From: Pristiophorus japonicus
Lineage: Eukaryota
Assembly: GCF_044704955.1 (NCBI RefSeq)
Contig: NW_027254201.1
Coordinates: forward strand, 5,332,001 to 5,396,000
Direction: 5' to 3'
Length of the DNA stretch: 64,000 nt
The notes under the pieces are model-generated. The model was not told the origin of the DNA, ran no database searches, and saw nothing but the letters and a program-made list of their open reading frames with translations. The position numbers were made by a program, and so were the translations under genes. Positions 50,601 to 64,000 of this stretch are shown piece by piece; the stretch's first letter is position 1; every line of letters starts with the position of its first letter.

Positions 50601-53600
50601 ATCACCCCAAACTGACTCATCACCCGAAACTGAACCATGACCACAAATTGAACCATCACCCCAAACTGACGCATCACCCGAAAGTGAACCATGACTCCAA
50701 ATTGACCCATAAACCCACAGTGACCCACCACCCCAAAGTGCCTCACCACCCACAAACAGACTCATCATCAAAAAATGACTGACCACCCCGAATTGACTAA
50801 TCACCCCAAATTGACTCATCACCAAAAACAGATCCATCATCCCAAATTGACTCATCATCCCAAGCTGATTCATCACCACAAACTAACCCATCACCCAAAC
50901 TGACGCATCACCGACAAACTGACTCATCACCCCAAACTGACCCATCACCCCAAACTGACCCATCATCCCACACTGACCCATCACCATAAATTGACTCATC
51001 ACCCCAAACTGACCTCAGCACCAAAAACACATCCATCAAACCAAATTGAGTCATCACCCCACACTGACTCATCACCCGAAACTGACCAATGACCCCAAAC
51101 TGACCCATCACCCCTAACTGACCCATCACCACAAACTGACTCATCGCCCGAAATATACTCAGCAACCGAAATTGACTCATCAACCCAAACAGACCAATTA
51201 CGCCAAACTGACGCAATCCCACAAACTGACCCATCCCCCCAAACTGACCAATCACGCTAATCTGACCCATCACCTGAAACTAACCCATCACCCGAAACTG
51301 ATCCAACACAACAAACTGATCCATCACCCAAACCTGACTCATCACGTCATACTGACACATCACCCCAAACTGACTCATCAGCAAATATTGACTCGTCACA
51401 CCAAACTGACTCATCACCCACAAACTGACCCATCACCCCATACTGGGCCATCATCCTAAAGTGACCCATCACCCGAAACTGACCCAACACCACAAACTGA
51501 ACCTTCACCCCAAACTGATTCATCACCACAAATTGAGTCATCACCCCAAATTGACTCATCATCCCAAACTGATTCATCAACACAAACTAACCCATCACCC
51601 CTAACTGACGCATCACCGACAAACTGACACCTCACCCCAGCTGCCCCATCACCCCAAACTGAACCACCACCCAACACTGTCCCATCACCACAAACTTACT
51701 CATCACACCAAACTGAACCATCAACCCAAATTGACCAATCACCCCAAACTGACCCATCACGCCAAACTACCCATCATCCCAAAATGACCTATCAGCCCAA
51801 CTGAACCATCAAACCAAACTGAACCATCACCCCAAACTGACCAATCACCCCATACTGACACATCACCCCAAACTGTCTCATCAGAAAAATTGACTCGTCA
51901 CACCACACTGACTCATCACCCACAAACTGACCCATCACCCCATACTGGCCCATCACCCCAAACTGACCCGTCAATCCAAACTGACTCATCGCCCCAAACT
52001 GGCACATCACCCCAAACTTACGCCTCACCCACAAACTGATTCATCACTCCAAACAGACCTATCACTCCAAATTAAATCATCATCCCAAACTGCCTCATCA
52101 CCTCAAACTGACGCACCACCAGAGTCTGACTCATGACCAAAAACTGATCCATTACAGCAAACTGACTCATCACTACAATCTGACCCATTACCCCAAACTA
52201 AACCATCTCCTCAAACTGACTCATTACCCGAAACTGACTCATCACCCCAAATTGACCAATCACCCCAAATTGACTCATCACCCCAAACTGGCACATCACC
52301 CTAAACTGAAGCATCACCCCAAACTGACTCACACCCCAAACTGATTCATCACCACAAATTAACCCATCAACCCAAACGGACTCATCACCAAAAACAGACC
52401 CATCATCCCAAACTGATTCATCGCTCCAAACTGACTCATCCCCCGAAACTGACCAATACTCCAATCTGACCCATCACCCCAAACTGACCCATCACCCCAA
52501 ACTGACTCATCGCCAGAAATATACTCATTACCCCAAATTGACCCATCACCCCAACGTGACTCATCACCCAAAAACTGACTCATCGTCAAAAAATTACCTA
52601 CCAACCCAAATTGACGAATCGCCCCAAATTGACTCATCACCAAAAACAGATCCATCATCCCAAATTGACTCATCACCCCAAGCTGATTCATCACCACAAA
52701 CTAACCCATCACCCCAAACTGACGCATCACCGACACACTGACTCATCACTCCAAACTGACCCATCACCCCAAACTGACTGATCACTCCAGACTGACCGAT
52801 CACCACAAACTGACTCATCACCCCAAACTGACCAGCACCAAAAACACACCTATGAACCCAAACTGACTCATCAACCCACACTGACTCATCACCCGAGTCT
52901 GACCAATGACCACAAACTGACAAATCATCCCAAACTGAACAATCACACCAAACTAACGCATCACCCACAAACTGACCCATCACCTCAATCTGACCCATCA
53001 CCCGAAACTGACCCAACACCCAAAACTCACCCCAAACTGATTCATCACCCCAAACTGACTCATCGCCCCAAACTTATTCATCACCCCAAACTGACACATC
53101 ACCACAAACTGACACATCGCCCAAACTGACGCATCGCCCCAAACTGACTCATCACCCCAAATTGATTCATCACCACAAATTATCCCATCATCCGAAACTA
53201 ACTCATCACTCCAAACTGACTCATCCCCCGAAACAGACCAATGACCTCAATCTGACCCATCATCCCAAATTGACGCAACACCCCAATCTGACTCATCGCC
53301 CGAAATATACTCACCACCCAAAATTGAATCATCACACCAAACTGAGTCATCACCCACAAAATGACCAATCACCCCATACTGGCCCATCACCCCAAACTGA
53401 TTCATCACCCCAAACTGACCCATCACCACAAACTGACCCATCACCCCAAACTAAACCATCACCCCAAACTGACTCAACATCCCAAACTGACTCATCGCCC
53501 CAAACTGACGCATCACCGACATACTGATTCATCACGCCAAACACACCCATCACTCCAAATTGACTCATCAACCCAAACTGACCCATCATCCCAAACTGAC

Positions 53601-56600
53601 CCTTCACCCCAAACTGCCTCATCACACCAAACTGACGCATCACCAGAGATTGACTCATGACCAAAAACTGAGTCATTACACCAAACTGACTTATCACTGC
53701 AATCTGACCCATTACCCCAAACTGACCCATCACCTCAAATTGACTCATTACCCCAAACTGACCCATCACCCCAAATTCACCCATCACCCTAAACTGACTT
53801 ATCACCCGAAACTGACACATCGCCCCAAACTGAAGCATCACCCCAAACTGACTCATCACCCTAAACTGACCAATCATCCAAACTGACGCATCACCAAAAA
53901 CTGACCCATCACCCCAATCTGAACCATCACCCTAATCTGACCCATCACCCCACACTGTCCAATCACCACAAACTGGCCCATTACCCCAAACTGACTCATC
54001 ACCCGAAATATACTCATCACCCCAAATTGACTCATCACCGCAAACTGAGCAATCACCCTAAACTGACGCATCACCCACAAACTGACCCATCACCGAAATC
54101 TGACCCATCACTCCAAACTGATTCATCAACACAAACTAACCCATCGCCCCTAACTGACGCATCACCGACAAACTGACTCCTCACCCCAGCTGACCCATCA
54201 CCCCACACTGTCCCATCACCACAAACTGACTCATCACACCAAACTGACCCATCAACCCAAATTGACCCATTAGCCATACTGACCCATCAGCCCAAACTGA
54301 CCCATCACCCCAAAATTACCTATCACCCCAAACTGAACCATCACCCCAAACTAACTCATCACCCCAAATTGACTCATCACCCCAATCGAAACTATCACCC
54401 CAAAGTGACACATCACCCCAAACTGACCAATCACACCAAACTGACTTATCAGCAAAAACAGTCCCATCATCCCAAACTGATTCATCACCCCAAACTGACT
54501 CATCACCCGAAACTGAACCATGACCCCAAATTGAACCATCACCCCAAATTGACGCATCACCCGAAAGTGACCCATGACCCCAAATTGACCCATAACCCCA
54601 CACTGATCCACCACCCCAAACTGACTCACCACCCACAAACAGACTCATCAGCAAAAAATGACCTACCACCCCAAATTGACGAATCACCCCAAATTGACTC
54701 ATCACCAAAAACAGATCCATCATCCGAAATTGACTCATCATCCCAAGCTGATTCATCACCACAAACTAACCCATCACCCAAACTGACGCATCACCGACAA
54801 ACTGACTCATCACCCCAAACTGACCCATCACCCCAAACTGACCCATCATCCCACACTGACCCATCACCATAAATTGACTCATCACCCCAAACTGACTCAG
54901 CACCTTAACACACCAATCAACCCAAATTGAGTCATCACCCCACACTGAATCATCACCCGAAACTGACCAATGACCACAAACTGACCCATCACCCCAAACT
55001 GACTCATCGCCTGAAATATACTCAGCAACCCAAATTGACTCATCACCCAAACTGTCCAATCACGCCAAACTGATGCATTCCCACAAACTGAGCCATCTCC
55101 CCAAACTGACGCATCACGCTAATCTGACCCATCACCTGAAACTAACGCATCACCCGAAACTGACCCAACACTCCAAACTGACCCATCACCCAAACCTGAC
55201 TCATCACGTCATACTGACACATCACCCCAAACTGACTCATCAGCAAATATTGACTCGTCAAACCAAACTGACTCATCACACACAAACTGACCCATCACCC
55301 CATACTGGCCCACCAACCTAAAGTGACCCATCACCCGAAACTGACCCAACACCACAAACTCATTCATCACTACAAATTGACTCATCACCCCAAATTGACT
55401 CATCATCCCAAACTGATTCATCAACACAAACTAACCCATCGCCCCTGACTGACGCATCACCGACAAACTGATTCCTCACCCCAGCTGCCCCATCACCCCA
55501 AACTGAACCACCACCCAACACCGTCCCATCACCACAAACTGACTCATCACACCAAACTGATCCATCAACCCAAGTTGACCAATCACCCAAAACTGAACCA
55601 TCACCCCAAACTGACTCATCACCCCAAACTGACTCATCGCCCCAAACTGGCACATCACCCCAAACTGACCCATCACCCCAAACTGAACCATCACCTCAAA
55701 CTGACTCATCACCCCAAACTGAATCATCGCCCCAAACTGGCACATCACCCCAAACTAACGCATCACCCACAAACTGATCCATCACTCCAAACAGACCTAT
55801 CACTCCAAATTAAATCATCACCCCAAACTGCCTCATCACCTCAAACTGACGCACCACCAGAGACTGATACATGACCAAAAACTGATCCATTACAGCAAAC
55901 TGAATCATCACTACAATCTGACCCATTAGCCCAAACTAGCCCATCTCTTTAAACTGACTCATTACCCCAAACTGACTCATCACCCCAAATTGACCAATCA
56001 CCCCAAATTGACTCATCACCCCAAACTGGCACATCACCCTAATCTGATGCATCAACCCAAACTGACTCACACCCCAAACTGATTCATCACCACAAATTAA
56101 CCCATCAACCCAAACGGACTCATCACCAAAAACAGACCCATCATCCCAAACTGATTCATCGCACCAAACAGACTCATCCCCCGAAACTGACCAATACTCC
56201 AATCTGATCCATCACCCCAAACTGACCCATCACCCCAAACTGACTCATCGCCCGAAATATACTCATTACCCCAAATTGACCCATCACCCCAAAGTGACTC
56301 ATCACCCAAAAACTGACTCATCAGCAAAAAATGACCTACCAACCCAAATTGACTAATCGCCCAAAATTGACTCATCAGCAAAAACATATCCATCATCCCA
56401 AATTGACTGATCACCCCGAGCTGATTCATCACCACAAACTAACCCATCACCCCAAACTGACGCATCAGCGACAAACTGACTCATCACTCCAAACTGACCC
56501 ATCACTCCAAACTGACCGATCACCGCAGACTGACCCATCACCACAAACTGACTCATCACCCCAAACTGACCAGCACCAAAAACACACCTATCAATCCAAA

Positions 56601-59600
56601 CTGACTCATCACCCCACACTGACTCATCACCCGAATCTGACAAATGACCACAAACTGACAAATCACCCCAAACTGACCAATCACGCCAAACTGACGCACC
56701 ACCAGAGATTGACTCATGACCAAAAACTGATCCATTACACCAAACTGACTTATCACTGCAATCTGACCCATTACCCCAAACTGACCCATCACCTCAAATT
56801 GACCCATCACCCTAAGCTGACTTATCACCCGAAACTGACACTTCGCCCCAAACTGGCACATCACCCCAAACTGACGCCTCACCCACAAACTGATTCATCA
56901 CTCCAAACAGACCTATCACTCCAAATTAAATCATCACCCCAAACTGCCTCATCACCTCAAACTGACGCACCACCAGAGTCTGACTCATGACCAAAAACTG
57001 ATCCATTACAGCAAACTGACTCATCACTACAATCTGACCCATTACCCCAAACTAGCCCATCTTCTCAAACTGACTCATTACCCGAAACTGACTCATCACC
57101 CCAAATTGACCAATCACCCCAAATTGACTCATCACCCCAATCTGGCACATCACTCTAAACTGAAGCATCACTCCAAACTGACTCACACCCCAAATTGATT
57201 CATCACCACAAATTAACCCATCAACCCAAACGGACTCATCACCAAAAACAGACCCATCATCCCAAACTGATTCATCGCTCCAAACAGACTCATCACCCGA
57301 AACTGACCAATACTCCAAATCTGACCCATCACCCCAAACTGACCCATCACCCCAAACTGACTCATCGCCCGAAATATACTCATTACCCCAAATTGACCCA
57401 TCACCTCAAAGTGACTAATCACCCAAAAACTGACTCATCAGCAAAAAATTACCTACCAACCCAAATTGACGAAATGCCCCAAATTGACTCATCACCAAAA
57501 TCAGATCCATCATCCCGAATTGACTCATCACCCCAAGCTGATTCATCACCACAAACTAACCCATCACCCCAAACTGACGCATCACCGACGCACTGACTCA
57601 TCACTCCAGATTGACCGATCACCACAAACTGACTCATCACCCCAAACTGACCAGCACCAAAAACACAGCTATCAACCCAAACTGACTCATCAACCCACAC
57701 TGACTCATCACCCGAGTCTGACCAATGACCACAAACTGACAAATCACCCCAAACTGACCAATCACACCAAACTAACGCATCACCCACAAACTGACCCATC
57801 ACCCCAATCTGACCCATCACCCGAAACTGACCCAACACCCAAAACTCACCCCAAACTGATTCATCACCCCAAACTGACTCATCGCCCCAAACTTATTCAT
57901 CACCCCAAACTGACACATCACCACAAATTGACACATCGCCCCAAACTGACGCATCGCCCCAAACTGACTCATCACCCCAAACTGATTCATCACCACAAAT
58001 TATCCCATCATCCCAAACTGACTCATCACTCCAAACTGACTCATCCCCCGAAAGAGACCAATGACACCAATCTGACCCATCATCCCAAATTGACCCAACA
58101 CCCCAATCTGACTCATCGCCCGAAATATACTCACCACCCAAAATTGACTCATCACACCAAACTGATTCATCACCCACAAACTGACCAATCACCCCATACT
58201 GGCCCATCACCTGAAAGTGACCCATCACCACAAACTGACCCATCACCCCAAACTGGACCATCACCCCAAACTGACTCAACATCCCAAACTGACTCATCGC
58301 CCCAAACTGACGCATCACCCACATACTGATTCATCACGCCAAACAGACCCATCACTCCAAATCGACTCATCAACCCAAACTGACCCATCATCCCAAACTG
58401 ACCCTTCACCCCAAACTGCCTCATCACACCAAACTGACGCACCACCAGAGATTAACTCATGACCAAAAACTGACCCATTACACCAAACTGATTTATCACT
58501 GCAATCTGACCCATTACCCCAAATTGACTCATTACCCCAAACTGACCTATCACCCCAAATTGACCCATCACCCTAAACTGACTTATCACCCGAAACTGAC
58601 ACATCGCCCCAAACTGATGCATCACCCCAAACTGACTCATCACCCCAAACTGACTCATCACCTCAAACTGACCAATCATCCAAATTGACGCATCACCCAA
58701 AAACTGACCCATCACACAATCTGAACCATCACCCTAATCTGACCCATCACCCCACACTGTCCCATCACCACAAACTGGCCCATTACCCCAAACTGACTCA
58801 TCACCCGAAATATACTCATCACCCCAAATTGACTCATCACTGCAAACTGAGCAATCACCCTAAACTGACGAATCACCCACAAACTGACCCATCACCCCAA
58901 TCTGACCCATCACCCCAAACTGATTCATCAACACAAACTAACCCATCGCCCCTAACTGACGCATCACCGACAAACTGACTCCTCACCCCAGCTGACCCAT
59001 CACCCCACAATGTCCCATCACCACAAACTGACTCATCACACCAAACTGACCCATCAACCCAAATTGACCCATTAGCCATACTGACCCATCAGCCCAAACT
59101 GACCCATCACCCCAAAATTTCCTATCACCCCAAACTTAAACATCACCCCAAACTAACTCATCACCCCAAATTGACTCATCACCCCAATCGAAACTATCAC
59201 CCCAAAGTGACACATCACCCCAAACTGACCAATCACACCAAACTGACTTATCAGCAAAAACAGTCCCATCATCCCAAACTGACTCATCACCCCAAACTGA
59301 CTCATCACCCGAAACTGAACCATGACCCCAAATTGAACCATCACTCCAAATTGACGCATCACCCGAAAGTGACCCATGACCCCAAAATGACCCATAACCC
59401 CACACTGATCCACCACCCCAAACTGACTCACCACCCACAAACAGACTCATCAGCAAAAAATGAACTACCACCCCAAATTGACTAATCACCCCAAATTGAC
59501 TCATCACCAAAACCAGATCCATCATCCGAAATTGACTCATCATCCCAAGCTGATTCATCACCACAAACTAACCCATCAACCAAACTGACGCATCACCGAC

Positions 59601-62600
59601 AAACTGACTCATCACCCCAAACTGACCCATCACCCCAAACTGACCCATCATCCCACACTGACCCATCACCATAAATTGACTCATCACCCCAAACTGACTC
59701 AGCACCTTAATACACCCATCAACCCAAATTGAGTCATCACCCCACACTGAATCATCAACCGAAACTGACCAATGACCCCAAACTGACCCATCACCCCAAA
59801 CTGACCCTTCACCCCAAACTGAGTCATCGCCCAAAATATACTCAGCAACCCAAATTGACTCATCACCCCAAACTGACCAATCACGCCAAACTGATGCAAC
59901 CCACAAACTGACCCAACTCCCCAAACTGACCCATCACGCTAATCTGACCCATCACCTGAAACTAACGCATCACCCGAAACTGACCCAACACTCCAAACTG
60001 ACCCATCACCCTAAACTGACTCATCGCCTGAAATATACTCAGCAACCCAAATTGACTCATCACCCAAACTGTCCAATCACGCCAAACTGATGCATTCCCA
60101 CAAACTGACCCATCTCCCCAAACTGACGCATCACGCTAATCTGACCCATCACCTGAAACTAACGCATCACCCGAAACTGACCCAACACTCCAAACTGATC
60201 CATCACCCAAACCTGACTCATCACGTCATACTGACACATCACCCCAAACTGACTCATCAGCAAATATTGACTCGTCAAACCAAACTGACTCATCACCCAC
60301 AAACTGACCCATCATCCCATACTGGCCCATCAACCTAAAGTGATCCATCACCCGAAACTGACCCAACACCACAAACTGATTCATCACCACAAATTGACTG
60401 ATCACCCCAAAATGACTCATCATCCCAAACTGATTCATCAACACAAACTAACCCATCGCCCCTAACTGACGCATCACCGACAAACTGACTCCTCACCCCA
60501 GCTGACCCATCACCCCACACTGTCCCATCACCGACGAACTGACTCATCACACCAAACTGACCCATCAACCCAAATTGACCCATTAGCCATACTGACCCAT
60601 CAGCCCAAACTGACCCATCACCCCAAAATTACCTATCACCCCAAACTGAACCATCACCCCAAACTAACTCATCACCCCAAATTGACTCATCACCCCAATC
60701 GTAACTATCACCCCAAAGTGACACATCACCCCAAACTTACCAATCACACCAAACTGACTTATCAGCAAAAACAGTCCCATCACCCCAAACTGACTCATCA
60801 CCTGAAACTGAACCATGACCCCAAATTGAACCATCACCCCAAATTGACGCATCACCCGAAAGTGACCCATGACCCCAAATTGACCCATAACCCCACACTG
60901 ATCCACCACCCCAAACTGACTCACCACCCACAAACAGACTCATCAGCAAAAAATGACCTACCACCCCAAATTGACTAATCACCCCAAATTGACTCATTAC
61001 CAAAAACAGATCCATCATCCCAAATTGACTCATCACCCCAATCGTAACTATCACCCCAAAGTGACACATCACCCCAAACTTACCAATCACACCAAACTGA
61101 CTTATCAGCAAAAACAGTCCCATCACCCCAAACTGACCCATCACCCGAAACTGACCCAACAACACAAATTGACTCATCACCCCAAATTGACTCATCATCC
61201 CAAACTGATTCATCAACACAAACTAACCCATCGCCCCTGACTGACGCATCACCGACAAACTGACACCTCACCCCAGCTGCCCCATCACCCCAAACTGAAC
61301 CACCACCCAACACCGTCCCATCACCACAAACTGACTCATCACACCAAACTGATCCATCAACCCAAATTGACCAATCACCCCAATCTGAACCATCACCCCA
61401 AACGGACCAATCACCCCATACTGACACATCACCACAAAATGACCCATCACCCCAAACTGACCCATCACCCCAAACTGACCCATCACCCCAAACTGACCCA
61501 TCACCCCAAACTGACTCATCACCCCAAACTGAACCATCACTTCAAACTGACTCATCACCCCAAACTGACACATCGCCCCAAACTGGCACATCACCCCAAA
61601 CTAACGCATCACCCACAAACTGATCCATCACTCCAAACAGACCTATCACTCCAAATTAAATCATCACCCCTAACTGCCTCATCACCTCAAACTGACGCAC
61701 CACCAGAGACTGACTCATGACCAAAAACTGATCCATTACAGCAAACTGAATCATCACTATAATCTGACCCATTACCCCAAACTAACCCATCTCCTCAAAC
61801 TGACTCATTACCCCAAACTGACTCATCACCCCAAATTGACCAATCATCCCAAATTGACTCATCACCCCAAACTGGCACATCACCCTAAACTGATGCATCA
61901 ACCCAAACTGACTAACACCCCAAACTGATTCATCACCACAAATTAACCCATCAGCCCAAACGGACTCATCACCAAAAACAGACCCATCATCCCAAAATGA
62001 TTCATCGCTCCAAAGAGACTCATCCACCGAAACTGACCAATACTCCAATCTGATCCATCACCCCAAACTGACCCATCACCCCAAACTGACTCATCGCCCG
62101 AAATATACTCATTACCCCAAATTGACCCATCACCCCAAAGTGACTCATCACCCAAAAACTGACTCATCAGCAAAAAATGACCTACCAACCCAAATTGACG
62201 AATCGCCCAAAAATTGACTCATCAGCAAGAACATATCCATCATCCCAAATTGACCCATCACCCCAAGCTGATTCATCACCACAAACTAACCCATCACTAC
62301 AAACTGACGCATCACCAACAAACTGACTCATCACTCCAAACTGACCCATCACTCCAAACAGACCGATCACCCCAGACTGACCCATCACCACAAACTGACT
62401 CATCACCCCAAACTGACCAGCACCAAAAACACACCTATCAACACAAACTGACTCATCACCCCACACTGAATCATCACCCGAATCTGACCAATGACCACAA
62501 ACTGACAAATCACCCCAAACTGACCAATCACCCCAAACTGACGCACCACCAGAGATTGACTCATGACCAAAAACTGACCCATTACACCAAACTGATTTAT

Positions 62601-64000
62601 CACTGCAATCTGACCCATTACCCCAAACTGACCCATCACCTCAAATTGACTCATTACCCCAAACTGACCCATCACCCCAAATTGACCCATCACCCTAAAC
62701 TGACTTATCACCCGAAACTGACACATCGCCCCAAACTGAAGCATCACCCCAAACTGACTCATCACCCCAAACTGACTCATCACCCCAAACTGACCAATCA
62801 TCCAAACTGACGCATCACCCAAAACCTGAACCATCACCCCAATCTGAACCATCACGCTAATCTGACCCATCACCCCACACTGTCCCATCACAACAAACTG
62901 ACCCATTTCCCCAAACTGACTCATCGCCCGAAATATACTCATCACCCCTAATTGACTCATCACCTCAAACTGAGCAATTACCCCAAACTGACGCATCACC
63001 CACAAACTTACCCATCACCCCAATCTGACCCATCACCCCAAACTGATTCATCAACAGAAACTAACCCATCGCCCCTAACTGACGCATCACCGACAAACTG
63101 ACACCTCACCCCAGCTGACCCATCACCGCAAACTGACCCATCACCCCACACTGTCCCATCACCACAAACTGACTCATCACACCAAACTGAATCACCAACC
63201 CAAATTGACCCATTAGCCATACAATCCCATCTCCCCAAACTGACCCATCACCCCAAAATGACCTATCACCCCAAACTGAACGATCATCCCAAACTAGCTC
63301 ATCACCCCAAATTGACTCATCACCCCAATCGAAACTATCACCCCAAAGTGACATATCACCCCAAACTGACAAATCACCCCAAACTGACTTATCAGCAAAA
63401 ACAGTCCCATCATCCCAAACTGAATCATCACCCCAAACTGAACCATGACCCCAAATTGAACCATCACCCCAAACTGACGCATCACCCGAAAGTTACCCAT
63501 GATCCCAAATTGACCCATAACCCCACACTGACCCACCACCCCAAACTGACTCACCACCCACAAACAGACTCATCAGCAAAAAATGATCTATCACCCCAAA
63601 TTGACTAATCAACCCAAATTGACTCATCACCTAAAACAGATCCATCATCCGAAATTGACTCATCATCCCAAACTGATTCATCACCACAAACTAACCCATC
63701 ACCCAAACTGACGCATCACCGAAAAACTGACTCATCACCCCAAACTGACCCATCACCCCAAACTGTCTCATCACCCCAAACTTATTCATCACCCCAAACT
63801 GACACATCACCCCAAACTGACGCCTCAACCACAAACTGATTCATCACCCCAAACAGACCCATCACTCCAAACTGACACATCACCCAAACTGACCCATCAT
63901 CCCAAAGTGACCCATCACCCCAAACTGACTCATCACCCCAATATAACGCACCAGCAGAGACTGGCTCATTGACCAAAAACTGACCCATTACATCAAATTG
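38611..64000. repeat. 18-bp satellite array, consensus AAACTGACCCATCACCCC (G-strand GGGGTGATGGGTCAGTTT), >25 kb (~1400 units), open at the window end
   Basis: Continuous tandem units with variants TGACCC/TGACTC/TGACGC/TGATTC/TGACAC and occasional 17- or 19-bp units; strong C/A strand bias. Confidence 0.98.

Noticed and set aside
38644-64000. Dozens of His/Pro-rich (KLTHHP), mucin-like (QTDPSP) and GVMGQF/WGDGSV ORFs up to 287 aa
   Set aside because: An 18-bp unit leaves four of six frames open by chance; 17- and 19-bp units shift frames freely and ORFs occur on both strands, so there is no sign of coding constraint
38611-64000. CRISPR array or true telomere
   Set aside because: No unique spacers or cas genes, eukaryotic context, no (TTAGGG)n tract, and the C-rich strand orientation is opposite to that expected for a right-hand chromosome end

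Overview
Eukaryotic, repeat-dominated DNA with no intact protein-coding gene that I can support. The CR1 LINE style, including (ATGTTTCT)n-like tails and an ORF1 zinc finger plus SGNH esterase, suggests a cartilaginous fish; this is inference. Bases 1-38.6 kb are a nested graveyard of retroelements: many decayed CR1/L2-type LINEs; a Gypsy LTR retrotransposon (gag-PR-RT-RH-IN plus 3' LTR) split by a CR1; the 3' half of an ERV with a gamma-type env (CWIC, LQNRMALD); and an unusual LTR element (17111-23477). That element has a tRNA-Ser(CGA)-like PBS, no recognisable gag-pol, and a decayed envelope whose layout resembles paramyxo/pneumovirus F proteins, as described for lokiretrovirus Env. A second partial copy of this envelope lies at 3301-4745. 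A heavily decayed class A GPCR-like pseudogene appears to be split by insertions at about 29.0-31.7 kb. Bases 38.6-64 kb are an 18-bp satellite, consensus AAACTGACCCATCACCCC, with multi-kb block duplications. All ORFs over the satellite are repeat artefacts. Boundaries and identities were read by eye; no searches were run.
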